A stretch of 64,000 bases of DNA from Paraspadella gotoi (taxonomy: Eukaryota; Animalia; Chaetognatha). Shown here piece by piece: positions 1-13,684 of the stretch (the stretch's first letter is position 1; every line of letters starts with the position of its first letter). Position numbers and translations under genes: made by a program. Where the stretch lies: the NCBI GenBank assembly GCA_051294375.1, contig CM119264.1, positions 1,703,662 to 1,767,661 of the forward strand, in the 5' to 3' direction. Under the pieces are notes generated by a model. It was not told where the DNA came from and did not search any database. It saw nothing but the letters and a program-made list of their open reading frames with translations.

Positions 1-568
1 AGCCTTAATTTTTTCCCAGTTTTATTTGCCTAAATTAAAGCAACTTAATCAGTGAGACTCTTTAACTTTTCCCGATAAAACTTCCCCGTTTTTGATCTCA
101 GACTCGGCGCCAATTTCCGGTCAGAACCAACGGGAATTTTATTGCAAAAAATCTCTTCCATCTGCCCGACTCTCGATTCATCAAATTGTAAGTGGAGCGA
201 AGAGACGACAGGATCGCGTGGCGCAATGGCGAGGGTCGCTTTGCTTTTGCTTTTACTTTTGCTTTGCTATGCTTTGCTTTCGCTTTTGATTTTGCTCTTG
301 CTTTTGTTTGCATCTATTTTTTTTGCTATATTTTAATTTTAAATTTTGCGTCACCTTGTTTTTCTTTATCTTTCATTTTCGATTTTTGGACCCTTCCATC
401 TCAGCTTATCTCACTGGACCTCACCTCCAGACCTGACCCGACTTCACTTACCAAATAATCTACGATCGATGACTCGTCCAAAATTCTTTTCCGAATTCGT
501 AGTTTCTGTCTTTTCCTTTATCTTATCGTCGCATTTGACCAAAAGCTATGATGACCCGGAATCCATTT

Positions 569-641
<73 letters not shown>

Positions 642-1377
642 CGTGACCTTTCACCCTTGCCTTCAATGGCGTCCGTGAGGCTGTGAGTTTCACACAGGGT
701 GAAACAGTTGTGGTTTTGGTGACTCAACGGTTCACGATGTGAAGTAAAAATACAATTCGCTTATATTTTTTGTTGTTGGTGATAATCCTCCTTTTAACTT
801 AAGAACAAAGAGCCGTCATGGAATAAAATGGAATAACATGGATAACGGTGCTTAAATCTTGCTAACTTGTTTTTCCTCATTTCTACTTCAAGGTATTGCG
901 CCACTGTTACGCATTAATTAATTATCATCGGACTTCCTTAGTATAACATGAATCATTGCTAAAACTACAAATAATAAAATAATTATTTAGATATTAATTG
1001 AACAACAAAACAAACATAATCATTTGCCGAGGTAAAATTTTAATATTAACCCTTCATGGCTATAGAATAAAATATCAAAATTTAATCAGAATTCGACAAT
1101 ATGCAAATGAGATTGAGGAACAATAATAACAAAATTGATGGAGTATTACCAGAGTTACAGGCATGTTAAACGAAATTAGTCTGAAATCAACAAGCAGTCA
1201 GACGGACTGACCCACCGAAAAGTTACTTATAGAATTGCAAAAAAGAATGCAACCACACGCTTAATATTCTTTGCATCCCGAATCGTATACGGGTCTTTGG
1301 TTCGCATATTTCGTTTGTTCATCGGTTTTTTCTGTCATAAAAACTCGTCCTTGGAGAAAAACCATTTTCTCCACAAG

Positions 1378-1392
1378 ATGGCGGATAAAGAG
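1378..1392 (+). CDS. Putative start micro-exon MADKE
   Basis: CAAGATGGCGG (YY1/Kozak-like), ATG GCG GAT AAA GAG, then a perfect GTAAGT. Copies at 6112-6126 (-) and ~14824-14838 (-). Confidence 0.4.
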
Positions 1393-1559
1393 GTAAGTGC
1401 GTTGAAAGACGAGTTCGAAGCGGCGACGCCCTCTCTCGGTCTTCAGCGATTCAACCGTCGTATAGATTTAAACTTTTATGTACTAATTATGATTATTATC
1501 TTTTTTGTGGCATTTTATTGAGGTTTATCATCATTTTTCTCTCTTTGTCTCTTTCCTTT

Positions 1560-1805
1560 TTAGTTGCACCGCGAGTAATCGCGGAGCAACTCTATAAGTC
1601 ACTCTTAGGTCGGTCTGTCGGTCGGTAACGTCAGTCGTCGGTCCTGTCTCACTTATGTGAAAAATGCTCATAACTCGACTATAGTCGGTTGCTCATTTTA
1701 ACAGAAAAACTTCAAATCAAAGTGACTTCAATCGACGCTTTCAGGAAATCATAAAACTATAAAGAGTAAAAGAGAAGCTAAGAAAGTCACTGAGGCGCAA
1801 CACAA
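1560..1805 (+). mobile_element. Shorter HINE/DINE-1-like element
   Basis: TAGTTGCACCGCGAGTAATCGCGGAGCAACT...GAGGCGCAACAC; inverted copies at ~5700-5945 and ~14400-14660. Confidence 0.7.
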
Positions 1806-2232
1806 ACATTTGAATTTCCCTCCTTGTTTTTTCTTTATATTTCCTTCCTTTCTTTTATCTTGCCTTCCTTTCCCTTTTCCTCTTCCTCTCTCTTTTTCTT
1901 TCGCCTTCCTCTTTCTTTCTGTTCCTTTCCCTCCCTCCTCTCCCTCTCTCTCCCTCCTCTCCTTCCTCTCTCCCTCCTCTTCCTCCCCTCTCTTTCCCTC
2001 TCTGTCTCCCTCCCCTCTCATCTCCAACGGATGCTCTTTCCCGTTAAACGCCCCAATTTCTCTTTAATCTTTATCATCTCTCAATCGTCTCTGAATAATA
2101 GAATAATTGCGCGACTTCTCTCGCCTTTTCGCTCCTATTCACCTCACTAGCTTTTGCTCCTTTTACCTCACTAGCTTTTGCTCCACCACATTCACTGTTT
2201 GGCTCCTCTTTGCTTTCCTTCTTAACCTTCTC

Positions 2233-2378
2233 CCGCTTGTTTCCTTTTGAAATCCCCTGCTTGTTTCCTTTTTAAATCCCCTGCTTGTTTCCTTTTTAAA
2301 TCCCTACTTGTTTCCTCTTAAATCCCCTGCTTGCTTCCTTAACTTTCCCTGCTTGCTTCCTTAACTTTCCCTGCTTGG
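2233..2378 (+). repeat. ~21-23 bp minisatellite (CCCTGCTTGTTTCCTTTTAAAT)n
   Basis: About 7 units; mirrored in segment copies 2 and 3. Confidence 0.8.
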
Positions 2379-2526
2379 CTTTTCTCAGCCTGCCTTAATT
2401 CCGTTAACTTCTATAGCTTTACTTATGTTGCTTTATGTTTCCTTTTAATCTTTCCTGCTTGGCTCCTCCATGTAAAACCCCTCTGCATCTCTCTCTCTCT
2501 CTTCTCTCTCTTCTTCCTCTCTCTCT

Positions 2527-2575
<49 letters not shown>

Positions 2576-3219
2576 TTCGTTAATCCTTCCTTCCTTCCTC
2601 TCTTCACGAATCGAGGGCGGTTTTTACGACGTCGCTCCGCCGATTGTTTGCTGTTGTCGTCGCTATGGCAACAACTTTCTCTTCTCTCTTCTCTCTCTCT
2701 TCTCTCTCTCTCTCTCTCTCTCTCCAGTCCCATCATCGTACCGCGATCAATTTTGAGATTCAAACTTAATATAACTGTAGCAGGGCACTGCCAATAAGTT
2801 CACCATGGCGGTAAAAAAAAGTTGCGGATCCTTAGTGCCCTATTCACATTTTGAGCTTTTTTTAAGGAAAGCTTTTTTTATATCTGTTTCGACCGGCTTT
2901 AACCCTCGCACGGAACCGAAAACAGAATCGGAAATCTGCGAATCCTGATTGGTCGCCGATGGAACCGGCACCGACCAATCAGCGACCAAGAGAGATAAAA
3001 TCGATGAAACTACTTTTAGGTCAATAAAAAAAAAAGAAACAAAATGAATAAAGAATAAGGAAATGAATAAGGAAATGATAAGGAAATGAAATGCCCGGAG
3101 AAAAGAATAAATGTTCGAATAGACAAATAGATGAATGAGATGAAAAAAAAAAGTTTCGCTAATGACGAGGGATTAAAAAAAAAGAAATTTCGAAAAAAAA
3201 ATTAAAAAAAAAGAGGAAA

Positions 3220-3660
3220 AACAGGAACGGTGATTCCAATGTGTTGCGCAGCAGTGACTTTATTATCATGTGTATGACATGACATGGACTAAACAAACTT
3301 TCTTAGCCCTGTATTTATGACATGCACTGCTTCGAAATTCCATCTTTTATTCTTTAATATTCTTTAAATAGCAGTCCCTTAGATTTGAGGTTTTTTCTTG
3401 TCTTAACAAATTGAGAAACAAACTATAGGCAAATTATGTGCATTTTTAACGTAAGTGGGAAGACCGACGGACAGACATACCGACGGACCGACGGACAGAC
3501 CGACCGACAGACAGACCGACGGACAGACCGACAGACAGACCGACGGACGACCGACGGAAGACCGACAGACAGACCGACGGACAGACCGACGGACCGACCG
3601 ACAGACAGACCGACCGACTTATATGGAGTTGCTCCGCTAGTTCTTGCGGCGCAACTTAAA
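3220..3660 (-). mobile_element. HINE/DINE-1-like element (same family)
   Basis: Same layout with an expanded (GACC/GACA/GACG)n tract. Mirrored at 12555-12995; extra 5' half at 3876-4120. Confidence 0.75.
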
Positions 3661-3727
3661 AAAAGAAAATGAAGAATTTTAATGACTTCAATCGCGAACA
3701 TTAGTCATTTGAGTGCGAGAATAGAAG

Positions 3728-3799
<72 letters not shown>

Positions 3800-4153
3800 A
3801 GAGAGAGAGAGCAGAGAGAGAGAGTGAGAGAGAGAAGAAAAGAGAGAAGANNNNNNNNNNNNNNNNNNNNNNNNNAACAAACTATAGGCGAATTATGTGC
3901 ATTTTAACGTAAGTGGGACAGACCGACGGACAGACATACCGACGGACCGACGGACAGACCGACCGACAGAACGACGCGACGGACAGACCGACAGACGACC
4001 GACGGACAGACCGACGAGAGGACCGACAGACAGACCGACGGACAGACCGACGACCGACCGACAGACAGACCGACCGACTTATATGGAGTTGCTCCGCTAG
4101 TTCTTGCGGGCCAACTAAAAAAAAATGAAGAATTTAATGACTTCAATCGCGAT

Positions 4154-4845
4154 CTCATTTGTTAAGACAAGAAAAAACCTCAAATCTAAGGGACTGCTAT
4201 TAAAGAATATTAAAGAATAAAAGATGGAATTTCGAAGCAGTGCATGTCATAAATACAAGGGCTAAGAAAGTTTGTTTAGTCATGTCATGTCATACACATG
4301 ATAATAAAGTCACTGCTGCGCAACACATTGGAATCACCGTTCCTGTTTTTCCTCTTTTTTTTTAATTTTTTTTTCGAAATTTCTTTTTTTTTTAATCCCT
4401 CGTCATTAGCGAAACTTTTTTTTTTTTCATCTCATTCATCTATTTGTCTATTCGAACATTTATTCTTTTCTCCGGGCATTCATTTCCTTATTCATTTCCT
4501 TATTCATTTCCTTATTCATTTATTCATTTTGTTTCTTTTTTTTTTATTGACCTAAAAGTAGTTCATCGATTTTATCTCTCTTGGTCGCTGATTGGTCGGT
4601 GCCGGTTCCATCGGCGACCAATCAGGATTCGCAGATTCCGATTCTGTTTTCGGTTCCGTGCGAGGGTTAAAGCCGGTCGAACAGATATAAAAAAAGCTTC
4701 CTTAAAAAAAGCTCAAAATGTGAATAGGGCACTAAGTGAACTCTCCGCAACTTTTTTTAACCGCCATGGTGAACTTATTGCAATGCCCTGCTACAGTTAT
4801 ATTAAGTTTGAATCTCAAAATTGATCGCGGTACGATGATGGGACT

Positions 4846-4886
<41 letters not shown>

Positions 4887-4985
4887 AAGTTGTTGCCATA
4901 GCGACGACAACAGCAAACAATCGGCGGAGCGACGTCGTAAAAACCGCCCTCGATTCGTGAAGAGAGGAAGGAAGGAAGGATTAAC

Positions 4986-5019
<34 letters not shown>

Positions 5020-6469
5020 ATGACAGAGGCGGTTTACATGGAGGAGCCAAGCAGAAGAAAGATTAAAAGGAAACATAAAGCAACATAAGTAAAGCTATAG
5101 AAGTTAACGGAATTCAGGGCAGGCTGGAGAAAAGCCAAGCAGGGAAAGTTAAGGAAGCAAGCAGGGAAGATGTAAGGAAGCAAGCAGGGGATTTAAAAGG
5201 AAACAAGCAGGGATTTAAAAAGGAAACAAGCAGGGGATTTAAAAAGGAAACACAGGGGATTTCAAGCGTTAAAAGGAAACAAGCGCGGAGAAGTGTTAAG
5301 AAGGAAAGCAAAGAGGAGCCAAACAGTAAATATGGTGGAGCAAAAGCATGTGAGGTGAAAGGAGCAAAAGCTAGTGAGGTGAATAGGAGCGAAAAGGCGA
5401 AGAAAGTCGCGCAATTATTCTATTATTCAGAGACGATGAGAGATGATAAAGATTAAAGAGAAATTGGGTTTAACGGGAAAAGAGCTCCGTTGGAGATGAG
5501 AGGGGAGGGAGACAGAGAGGAAAGAGAGGGGGGAGGGAGAGAGAGGAGAGGGAGAGAGAGAGGAGGAGAGGGGGGAGGGAAAGGAACAGAAAGAAAGAGG
5601 AAGGGCGAAAGAAAAAGAGAGAGGAAGAGGAAAAGGGAAAGGAAGGCAGGATAAAAGAAAGAAGGAAAATATAAAGAAAAAACAAGGAGGGAAATTCAAA
5701 TGTGTGTTGCGCCTCAGTGACTTTCTTAGCTTCTCTTTTACTCTTTATAGTTTTATGATTTCCTGAAAGCGTCGATTGAAGTCACTTTGATTTGAAGTTT
5801 TCTGTCATGAGCAACCGACTATAAGTCGAGTTATGAGCATTTTTCACATAAGTGAGACGACCTGAACGACTGACGTACCGACCGACAGAGGACCTTAGAG
5901 TGACTTATAGAGTTGCTCCGCGATTACTCGCGGTGCAACTAAAAAGGAAAAGAGACAAAAGAAGGAAAAAGTGATGATTAAAACCTCATAAAATGCCACA
6001 AAAAAGATAAAAAATCATAATTAGTACATAAAAGTTTAATCTATAGACGGTTGATCGCTGAAGACCGAGAGAGGGCGTCGCCGCTTCGAACTCGTCTTTC
6101 AACGCACTTACCTCTTTATCCGCCATCTTGTGGAGAAAATGGTTTTTCTCCAAGGACGAGTTTTTATGACAGAAAAACCGATGAACAAACGAAATATGCA
6201 ACCAAAGACCCGTATACGATTCGGGATGCAAAGAATATTAAGCGTGTGGTTGCATTCTTTTTTGGCCAATTCTATAAGTAACTTTTCGGTGGGTCAGTCC
6301 GTCTGACTGCTTGTTGATTCAGACTAATTTCGTTTAACATGCCTGTAACTCTGGTAATACTCCATCAATTTTGTTATTATTGTTCCTCAATCTCATTTGC
6401 ATATTGTCGAATTCTGATTAAATTTTGATAATTTTTTATTCTATAGCCATGAAGGGTTAATATTAAAAT
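4154..6469 (-). repeat. Segment copy 2 (inverted arm of fold-back)
   Basis: Near-identical reverse complement of 1037-3416. Confidence 0.95.
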
Positions 6470-6825
6470 AATCCATTTCCGATTTTTTTTCTTTCTTTTT
6501 TTTTTGTCATTTTTAGGAAAGGGGGGAGGAATGTGTTGAAAGGTTGTGTCGCCATCCTCGTCTCGTCATAGTCGTCGTCATTGTCTTTTCTGTCATTATC
6601 GAGACTGTCATCGTTGTCGTCGTCATCATTTTTTAAACTTGTCTTTGTCATTTCGTCATTGTCCTATGCACACGGGCCGCCTTCCCTCCATTAACTCCAC
6701 AACTTCATTGATCATCTCCTCCTTCCAAATGTCGACACCAGACACAACAGCAACGCTCCATCAGTCTCCACTGCAAAGCCCCATCAGTCTACACAGCAAC
6801 GCCTCCAATCACAACATCAACCGAC

Positions 6826-6977
6826 CCGATGCCATCCCGGCGAAGATGTAGACGACGCCGGAAACGATGGAGCAGAAGTGGCGTCTGATGTGGCCGATGA
6901 TGGAGAAGACGAAGGCGCTGCTGGCGAAGATGAGGCTGGAGAGATGCCAGGGGGTGGAGGCGCGATTTGCGGACGAT
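6826..6977 (-). CDS. TARP/stargazin-like gene, TM2-TM3 exon
   Basis: Pyrimidine tract-CAG acceptor, GTCGGT donor. Reads RASTPWHLSSLIFASSAFVFSIIGHIRRHFCSIVSGVVYIFAGMAS, aligning by eye to CACNG5/7 RSATPFPLVSLFF..IGFIL..IGHIRPH...FVSGIFFILSG. One probable indel near the exon start. First and last (TM4) exons not found. Confidence 0.88.
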
Positions 6978-7823
6978 CTGAGAGGGGGAGGGGGATTATG
7001 AGTGGAGGCGAGGGAGGGGAGAAAGAGAGAGGAGGGGGATAGAGGGAGAGAAGAGAGAAATAGAGAGAGAATGGAGGGAGGGAGAAAAGAGGGAGGGGGA
7101 TAAAGAAGAGGGAGAGAGCGTTAGAGAGAGAGAGAGAGGCAGAGAGAGAAGTGAGGAAGTAGAGGAAATTAAATGAAGGAAATGAAGGAAAAAAGGAAAG
7201 AAAAGAAGAAAAAAAAAGTTTAAATAAAACAGAACAAATTTACAACTTTGAAGTTTAGGCAAAGAGGTTCTTTTTAACTTATTTTGTTTTATTTACTTTT
7301 TAGTCCGTTTTGTGTCTCTGATTGTCTGTTTGACTGTCTCTCCTCTCTCATCTCTCTTCTCTCTCTCTCTCTTTCGCTCTCTCTCTCTCTCTTCTCGCTC
7401 CGCCTCAAAGACCAAAAACGCTGCTACCCAGTCTTGAAAAAATCACCATCATCATTACCTAATCATGTTCTACAGTCCTGGAAAAAAGGCATCAAAAACA
7501 AAAAAGTATATCTTTTTTATAATATAAATTATACTTAATTTAATAAAAAGTTATGGAAAATTTTTTTTTTTTATAAATTTGGTTATAATTTAGTCATCCA
7601 TTTGTAAGCAATGATTTTTTAATAATACCCACTTTTAAAAAATAATATTTTTTAGAAATAGTATTTAGAATATTGAAGAACTGAACTAAGACCAAAATAT
7701 GTTTGTAATTTTTTCAATAAAATTCATTATAAACAAAAAAAATTGTCTTATATTATCAAAAATGTATATTTTAAATTTTTTTTATAATACATACTACAAG
7801 GTTTTTGACAGGATTGTACTCAC

Positions 7824-7947
7824 CGAGGTGGATGTCTCGCTCTCCTCCACTCGACCGAGACTTGGTTGAAGTAGCGACGCGACGCATCCTCCAGTCGGGT
7901 CGAATGTCTCTTGTCCAGCGTAGATCCATTTGTAGGTGCACATGTAC
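7824..7947 (-). CDS. TARP/stargazin-like gene, ECL1 exon with the two conserved cysteines
   Basis: (CT)n-CAG acceptor, GTGAGT donor. 124 nt reading W-YMCTYKWIYAGQETFDPTGGCVASLLQPSLGRVEESETSTS, completing the claudin-family W-GLW-C-C signature. Confidence 0.8.
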
Positions 7948-8001
<54 letters not shown>

Positions 8002-8587
8002 AGAGGAAAGAGAGAGAAGAGAGAGAGAGGGAGAGAGAGATAATGATTTTCTATAATAGAAAAAGACGCGAGGACATCAATATAATTTTAGTTTTAGGGA
8101 ACGTGATATCCTTGTGAATTGATTTTTAAGTCAGAGGAAACGAAAGAAAGAGAAGGCACATAGAAAGAATCTTGCCGTGAAACTAAGGACAGATAGTTAT
8201 GATCAGTTTTACTTGTCAATTGTATGTTGTCTATGAAATTGGTGCAACGAACATGAAATCATAGATTCAATACATAAGCTTTCTTGCCTCTGTTTTTTGA
8301 CAGGCTATTTCTCTTACAAGATAATTAACTAAGCAGGACCCTACTAGCTTTCGATCAAAACTCTCTCACAGTCCAGCTTTTTTAACTCCCTGACCTTCAG
8401 CCTTCCCTATCAATTCAGTACAGTACAGTACAGTACAGTTCATTGAAAATGACTGAAGGAAAAAAGACTTTTATTTGAAAAACGACGGAAAATCGTTTCA
8501 TATTTTATTTCATTTTCTTTTTTTATTTCAGGTTTAAAAAAAATAACGCAGTTTATGAAATCGTCACGCAACACCTGCGCTTCTCTT

Positions 8588-8629
<42 letters not shown>

Positions 8630-9145
8630 CGTCGTTCCGTCGTCGTCGTCGTCGTCTCGTCGTCGTCGTCGTCGTCGTCGTCGCGTTGTTCTTAACAAAA
8701 TTAACGTCGAATATCATCCAAGATTTTTTCTTTCTATTTCTTTAATACTAATATTAATATTAACAGTAAATTGTAACTTTATTGATCAAAGATTGCTTAA
8801 TCTTTATGTTTCTTTGTTTTTCTTTCTGTTTTGTTTTGTTTTATTTAGTATTTGTATGTTATTCCCACTGCATGTGAAATATTTAATGAACGATGCTCTG
8901 TTGATTTTAGATATAGTGTCTTGTTTGTTGTTATTTTTTTTGTTTGCTTTTGTTTTAATTTTTTTAGTTGTTTTTTTTCTTCATTTTTTTTAATTTTTTC
9001 TTTTGTAGTTCTGTTTGTTTTGTCTATTTTTGTTTATATTGTTTTGTTATTTTTGTTCATTTTTTTCCCTTTATTTTATTCCGAGAAAGGTCGATCAGAC
9101 GAAGGTCTAGGCTCGAGGATCAATTCTCCAAAACACCCATGATTG

Positions 9146-9211
<66 letters not shown>

Positions 9212-9215
9212 AGAA

Positions 9216-9250
<35 letters not shown>

Positions 9251-10095
9251 AGGAGTCCTGGCTCTTGAACGAAAAGCTGCTTGAAAGGGAAGAGAAAAAT
9301 GTCGTTAAAAAATATTAAAGGAAAAAAAGTCTATAAAAACTTTGATATTGAAAAAAATTTTATAGTTCATCATATATTGTAGCGGTAGTATTTCATACCC
9401 CGTTACTCGTCCGAGAACTCGCGGCATCGTCATCCACAAAATAGCTATAATATAATATTGGTTGTACCAATTCATAATATATATAATCATATTGTTGTAC
9501 CAATTTCATAATATAATATAATTAATATAATATAATATAATATATAATATTAAAAAAAGTTGAAGTAAAAGAATGAAAAATTTTGAATCGAAAATGAATA
9601 TAAATGAAGGAGGAAAAAAAAATAAACTAAGAGTGAGAAAGATAGAAATAAATTAAAAAAATATTATAAACTTAAAAGATCTCTATCGGTTTATCATTTT
9701 TTATAATCTTTTACTACTTTGGCGAATATTATTAAAAACGTCCGACTTAGCATATAAAGGATTAATTAGCTTAGAAGTATATGATGGGTGAAAAATCTTT
9801 CAGTCAAAAATTAAAATGTGCAGCAGCAGCAGAAAACTCTATTTTCTTTAAGATATACACAACAGTGCCCCTTATTAGAGACATTCATTATGACCACAAG
9901 GGAAACTCTTTCTTAATACATGTCAAGACATTGAACTGAGATCACTAGAGTGAACTGTAGCAGTAGTTTTTTCCGTGTAAAAATATAGGTATATATTATT
10001 TTTTTCTGTTGCTGCATTTCTCGAATCAGTTATTTATTTCATAAGCTTCTGGTGGTTTCTATCACCACAGATGGATTAAGCTGTTCTTTCGCAGC

Positions 10096-10330
10096 GCCTC
10101 AGTGCTCAGTCGACTATTGCACCATCCCAATGTCGTCCCTGGTTCGAGCCCTGAGGTTGTCATGTAGAAGTGGGATGGACAGAGTAACCCGCCTGTAGTC
10201 AAGGGCCTAATGCCAGATCAAAGCTCTGGACACATGAACATGCTGTCTTCCTGTCACCACGAGGTGACACCGCTGCGGGGTTGTGGGCGCCCTGTAAAAA
10301 CCAGCTCTTCAAGCTTACGTAGGAATAAAT
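10096..10330 (+). mobile_element. tRNA-derived SINE-like element
   Basis: Stem GCCTCAG (10096) pairs with CTGAGGT (10151); A-box-like GTGCTCAGTCG; B-box GGTTCGAGCC at 10141; GC-richer body ~180 nt. Head too short for a functional tRNA; 3' end approximate. Confidence 0.6.
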
Positions 10331-10549
10331 ATCCACGAAGAATATCTCTTAAGTCTTGTCAAATTTCTCTCCTCTCTCTCTCTATCTGTTTTCTTGAGTC
10401 TAGCTATTGTGATATTCACAACTTTCAAACTCACAAAGAAGTTAATATCAGGGTCGTCCATTGTGGGTTTTTCAAAAGGCCGCCTCCATCAAATTTTTCT
10501 CAGATTTTGTCAAAGAAATAAAAGCTCTTGAAACCTGATTCTTTTTGAG

Positions 10550-10589
<40 letters not shown>

Positions 10590-10618
10590 AAATCTCTCTC
10601 TATCTCTCCTCTTTAAAG

Positions 10619-10658
<40 letters not shown>

Positions 10659-10700
10659 AAATCTTATCTATCACTCTATCTCTATCTCTCTCCTTTAAAG

Positions 10701-10768
<68 letters not shown>

Positions 10769-11685
10769 AAATCTCTCTCTATCTCTCTCTCTCTATCTCT
10801 CTCTCTCTCTCTCTTTCTTTAACTCTCTCTCCTCGCTGTCTCTCTCTCACTATCTGTCTTTTCCACTCTCATACTTTTTCAAAGTGAAAATAACTAAATT
10901 TAGTTTGACTGAGATGAAAACGCCAATCTCTCTCTCTCTCTCTCTCTTCCTTCTTTTCTTCTTTCTTCTTCTCTTCTCCTTCTCTTCTTTTTCCTCAAAC
11001 GTGTGGTGTCTTCTGTTTTGGTGCAAAAAAGTTTTTCTGCGTGCGCCAGCGGCGCCCTCTGTGTTGAGTAAACAAACGGACTAAAGATAAATAAAAGAGC
11101 AACCAAAGAAATTGAGGAGTAGACCGATGGGAAAGAGAGAGAGAAAGAGAGAGAGAGGAGGGAGGACAAGAGAGGGAGGGGGAGAGAGAGACAAAGAGAG
11201 AGACAGTGAAAAACAAAGTTTGGGCAAACATTCCGGTCCCGGTTAAATTATCATATATTTAATTAATTAATTAATAAAATAAAAAGGAAACCTTTTTTTT
11301 CATTTTAAAATCATTTCACTCGGACGATTCCATCGAAACTTTATTTCCAGCTTAATTCATGATTTCTTTACCCACACACAAACTTTCAAGTAAAAATCTC
11401 GTTGAATGAGTAATGGCGTTTAAAGCTGAGGGAGTACTGACAGACGGACGGACATCGGTTTTTGTTTGTTTGTTTTGTTTTGTTTTTTGTTTTTTTTTTT
11501 TGTATAATTTATCATAATCCGTCTTGTGACATGATCTTTGTTACTTAGCGACAAAATCTTTGGGTTGGGCCGTCGCGACCGACAAAGTTACTTGTAAGCC
11601 GAAATCTGCTGAAAGAATTCTGGCTTAAAAGAAAAAGAGAAAAAAAAGAAAGAAAGAAAGAAAAACAAAAAAAAAAAAAAAAAAA

Positions 11686-11764
<79 letters not shown>

Positions 11765-11789
11765 ATATAGAAAGAAAGAAAAGAAAAAA

Positions 11790-11833
<44 letters not shown>

Positions 11834-12016
11834 AAAAAGAAAGAAAGAAAGAAAAAGGACGGACCAAGAGAAAACATAAATCCCTTCTTCTTTTTCTGAC
11901 ATAAAACTTCGAAATCTATTTGACGACCATCTGCGGTTATGATGACCTGCAAGGAAGCTTCTCGTGGTTTTCCTTGCAACTTTTTTGCTTTTTTTTTCAT
12001 GAGAGAAAGAGGAAGA

Positions 12017-12286
12017 AGTGATGATGACCTTAATGACATTAGTAGTAATGAAAACATCAATGTCTTTACTAGTGATGATGACTTTTATAACATTACTAGT
12101 GATGATACCAATAATGACATTTTTAGTGATGATAATGTTGATGACGACGTTGATGACATCACTAATGATGATAACATTGATGACATTACTAGTAATGATA
12201 ACGTTTGATGACATTACTAGTGATGATAACGTCGATGACATTACTAGTGATGATAATGTTGATGACATTACTAGTGATGATATTAC
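12017..12286 (+). repeat. 27-bp minisatellite (GATGACATTACTAGTGATGATAATGTT)n
   Basis: About 10 tandem units, more degenerate toward the 5' side. Confidence 0.85.
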
Positions 12287-12379
12287 AAATCTCTCTTCCA
12301 ATGTTAAATCCTTGAAACGTCTTTAATCTTTAGTATGTAAGTCTTAGTGTTAATCATATATATATATATATATATATCT

Positions 12380-12389
12380 TCTCTCTCTC

Positions 12390-12466
<77 letters not shown>

Positions 12467-13597
12467 CTCTCTCTCTCTCTCTCTTCACCTTCTATTCCGC
12501 ACTCAAATGACTAATGTTCGCGATTGAAGTCATTAAATTCTCATTTTCTTTTTTTAGTTGCGCCGCAAGAACTAGCGGAGCAACTCCATATAAGTCGGTC
12601 GGTCTGTCTGTCGGTCGGTCCCGTCGGTCTGTCCGTCGGTCTGTCTGTCGGTCTCTCCGTCGGTCTGTCCGTCGGTCTGTCTGTCGGTCTGTCCGTCGGT
12701 CTGTCTGTCGGTCGGTCTGTCCGTCGGTCCGTCGGTATGTCTGTCCGTCGGTCTGTCCCACTTACGTTAAAATGCACATAATTTGCCTATAGTTTGTTTC
12801 TCAATTTGTTAAGACAAGAAAAAACCTCAAATCTAAGGACTGCTATTTAAAGAATATTAAAGAATAAAAGATGGAAATTCGAAGCAGTGCATGTCATAAA
12901 TACAAGGGCTAAGAAAGTTTGTTTAGTCATGTCATGTCATACACATTGATAATAAAGTCAACTGCTGCGCAACACATTGGAATCACCGTTCCTGTTTTTT
13001 CCTCTTTTTTTTTAATTTTTTTTCGAAATTTCTTTTTTTTTAATCCCTCGTCATTAGCGAAACTTTTTTTTTTCATCTCATTCATCTATTTGTCTATTCG
13101 AACATTTATTCTTTTCTCCGGGCATTTCATTTCCTTATTCATTTCCTTATTCATTTCCTTATTCATTTATTCATTTTGTTTCTTTTTTTTTTAATTGACC
13201 TAAAAGTAGTTCATCGATTTTATCTCTCTTGGTCGCTGATTGGTCGGTGCCGGTTCCATCGGCGACCAATCAGGATTCGCAGATTCCGATTCTGTTTTCG
13301 GTTCCGTGCGAGGGTTAAAGCCGGTCGAAACAGATATAAAAAAAGCTTCCTTAAAAAAAGCTCAAAATGTGAATAGGGCACTAAGTGAACTCTCCCTGCT
13401 ACAGTTATATTAAGTTTGAATCTCAAAATTGATCGCGGTACGATGATGGGACTGGAGAGAGAGAGAGAGAGAGAAAAGAGAGAGAGAAGAGAGAAAGAAA
13501 GTTGTTGCCATAGCGACGACAACAGCAAACAATCGGCGGAGCGACGTCGTAAAAACCGCCCTCGATTCGTGAAGAGAGGAAGGAAGGAAGGATTAAC

Positions 13598-13684
<87 letters not shown>

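Larger units (their letters stand above)
59..3850 (+). repeat. Segment copy 1 of a block repeated in inverted orientation
   Basis: 1037-3416 is the reverse complement of 4154-6469; 59-3850 is the reverse complement of ~12380-16146. Confidence 0.95.

Noticed and set aside
1378-1392. RBBP4 identity for MADKE
   Set aside because: Five residues only; no downstream RBBP4 exon (EERVINEEYKIWK) seen.
12017-12286. CRISPR-like appearance of the 27-bp (and 28-bp, 15-bp) repeats
   Set aside because: Head-to-tail units with no unique spacers, no cas genes, eukaryotic context.
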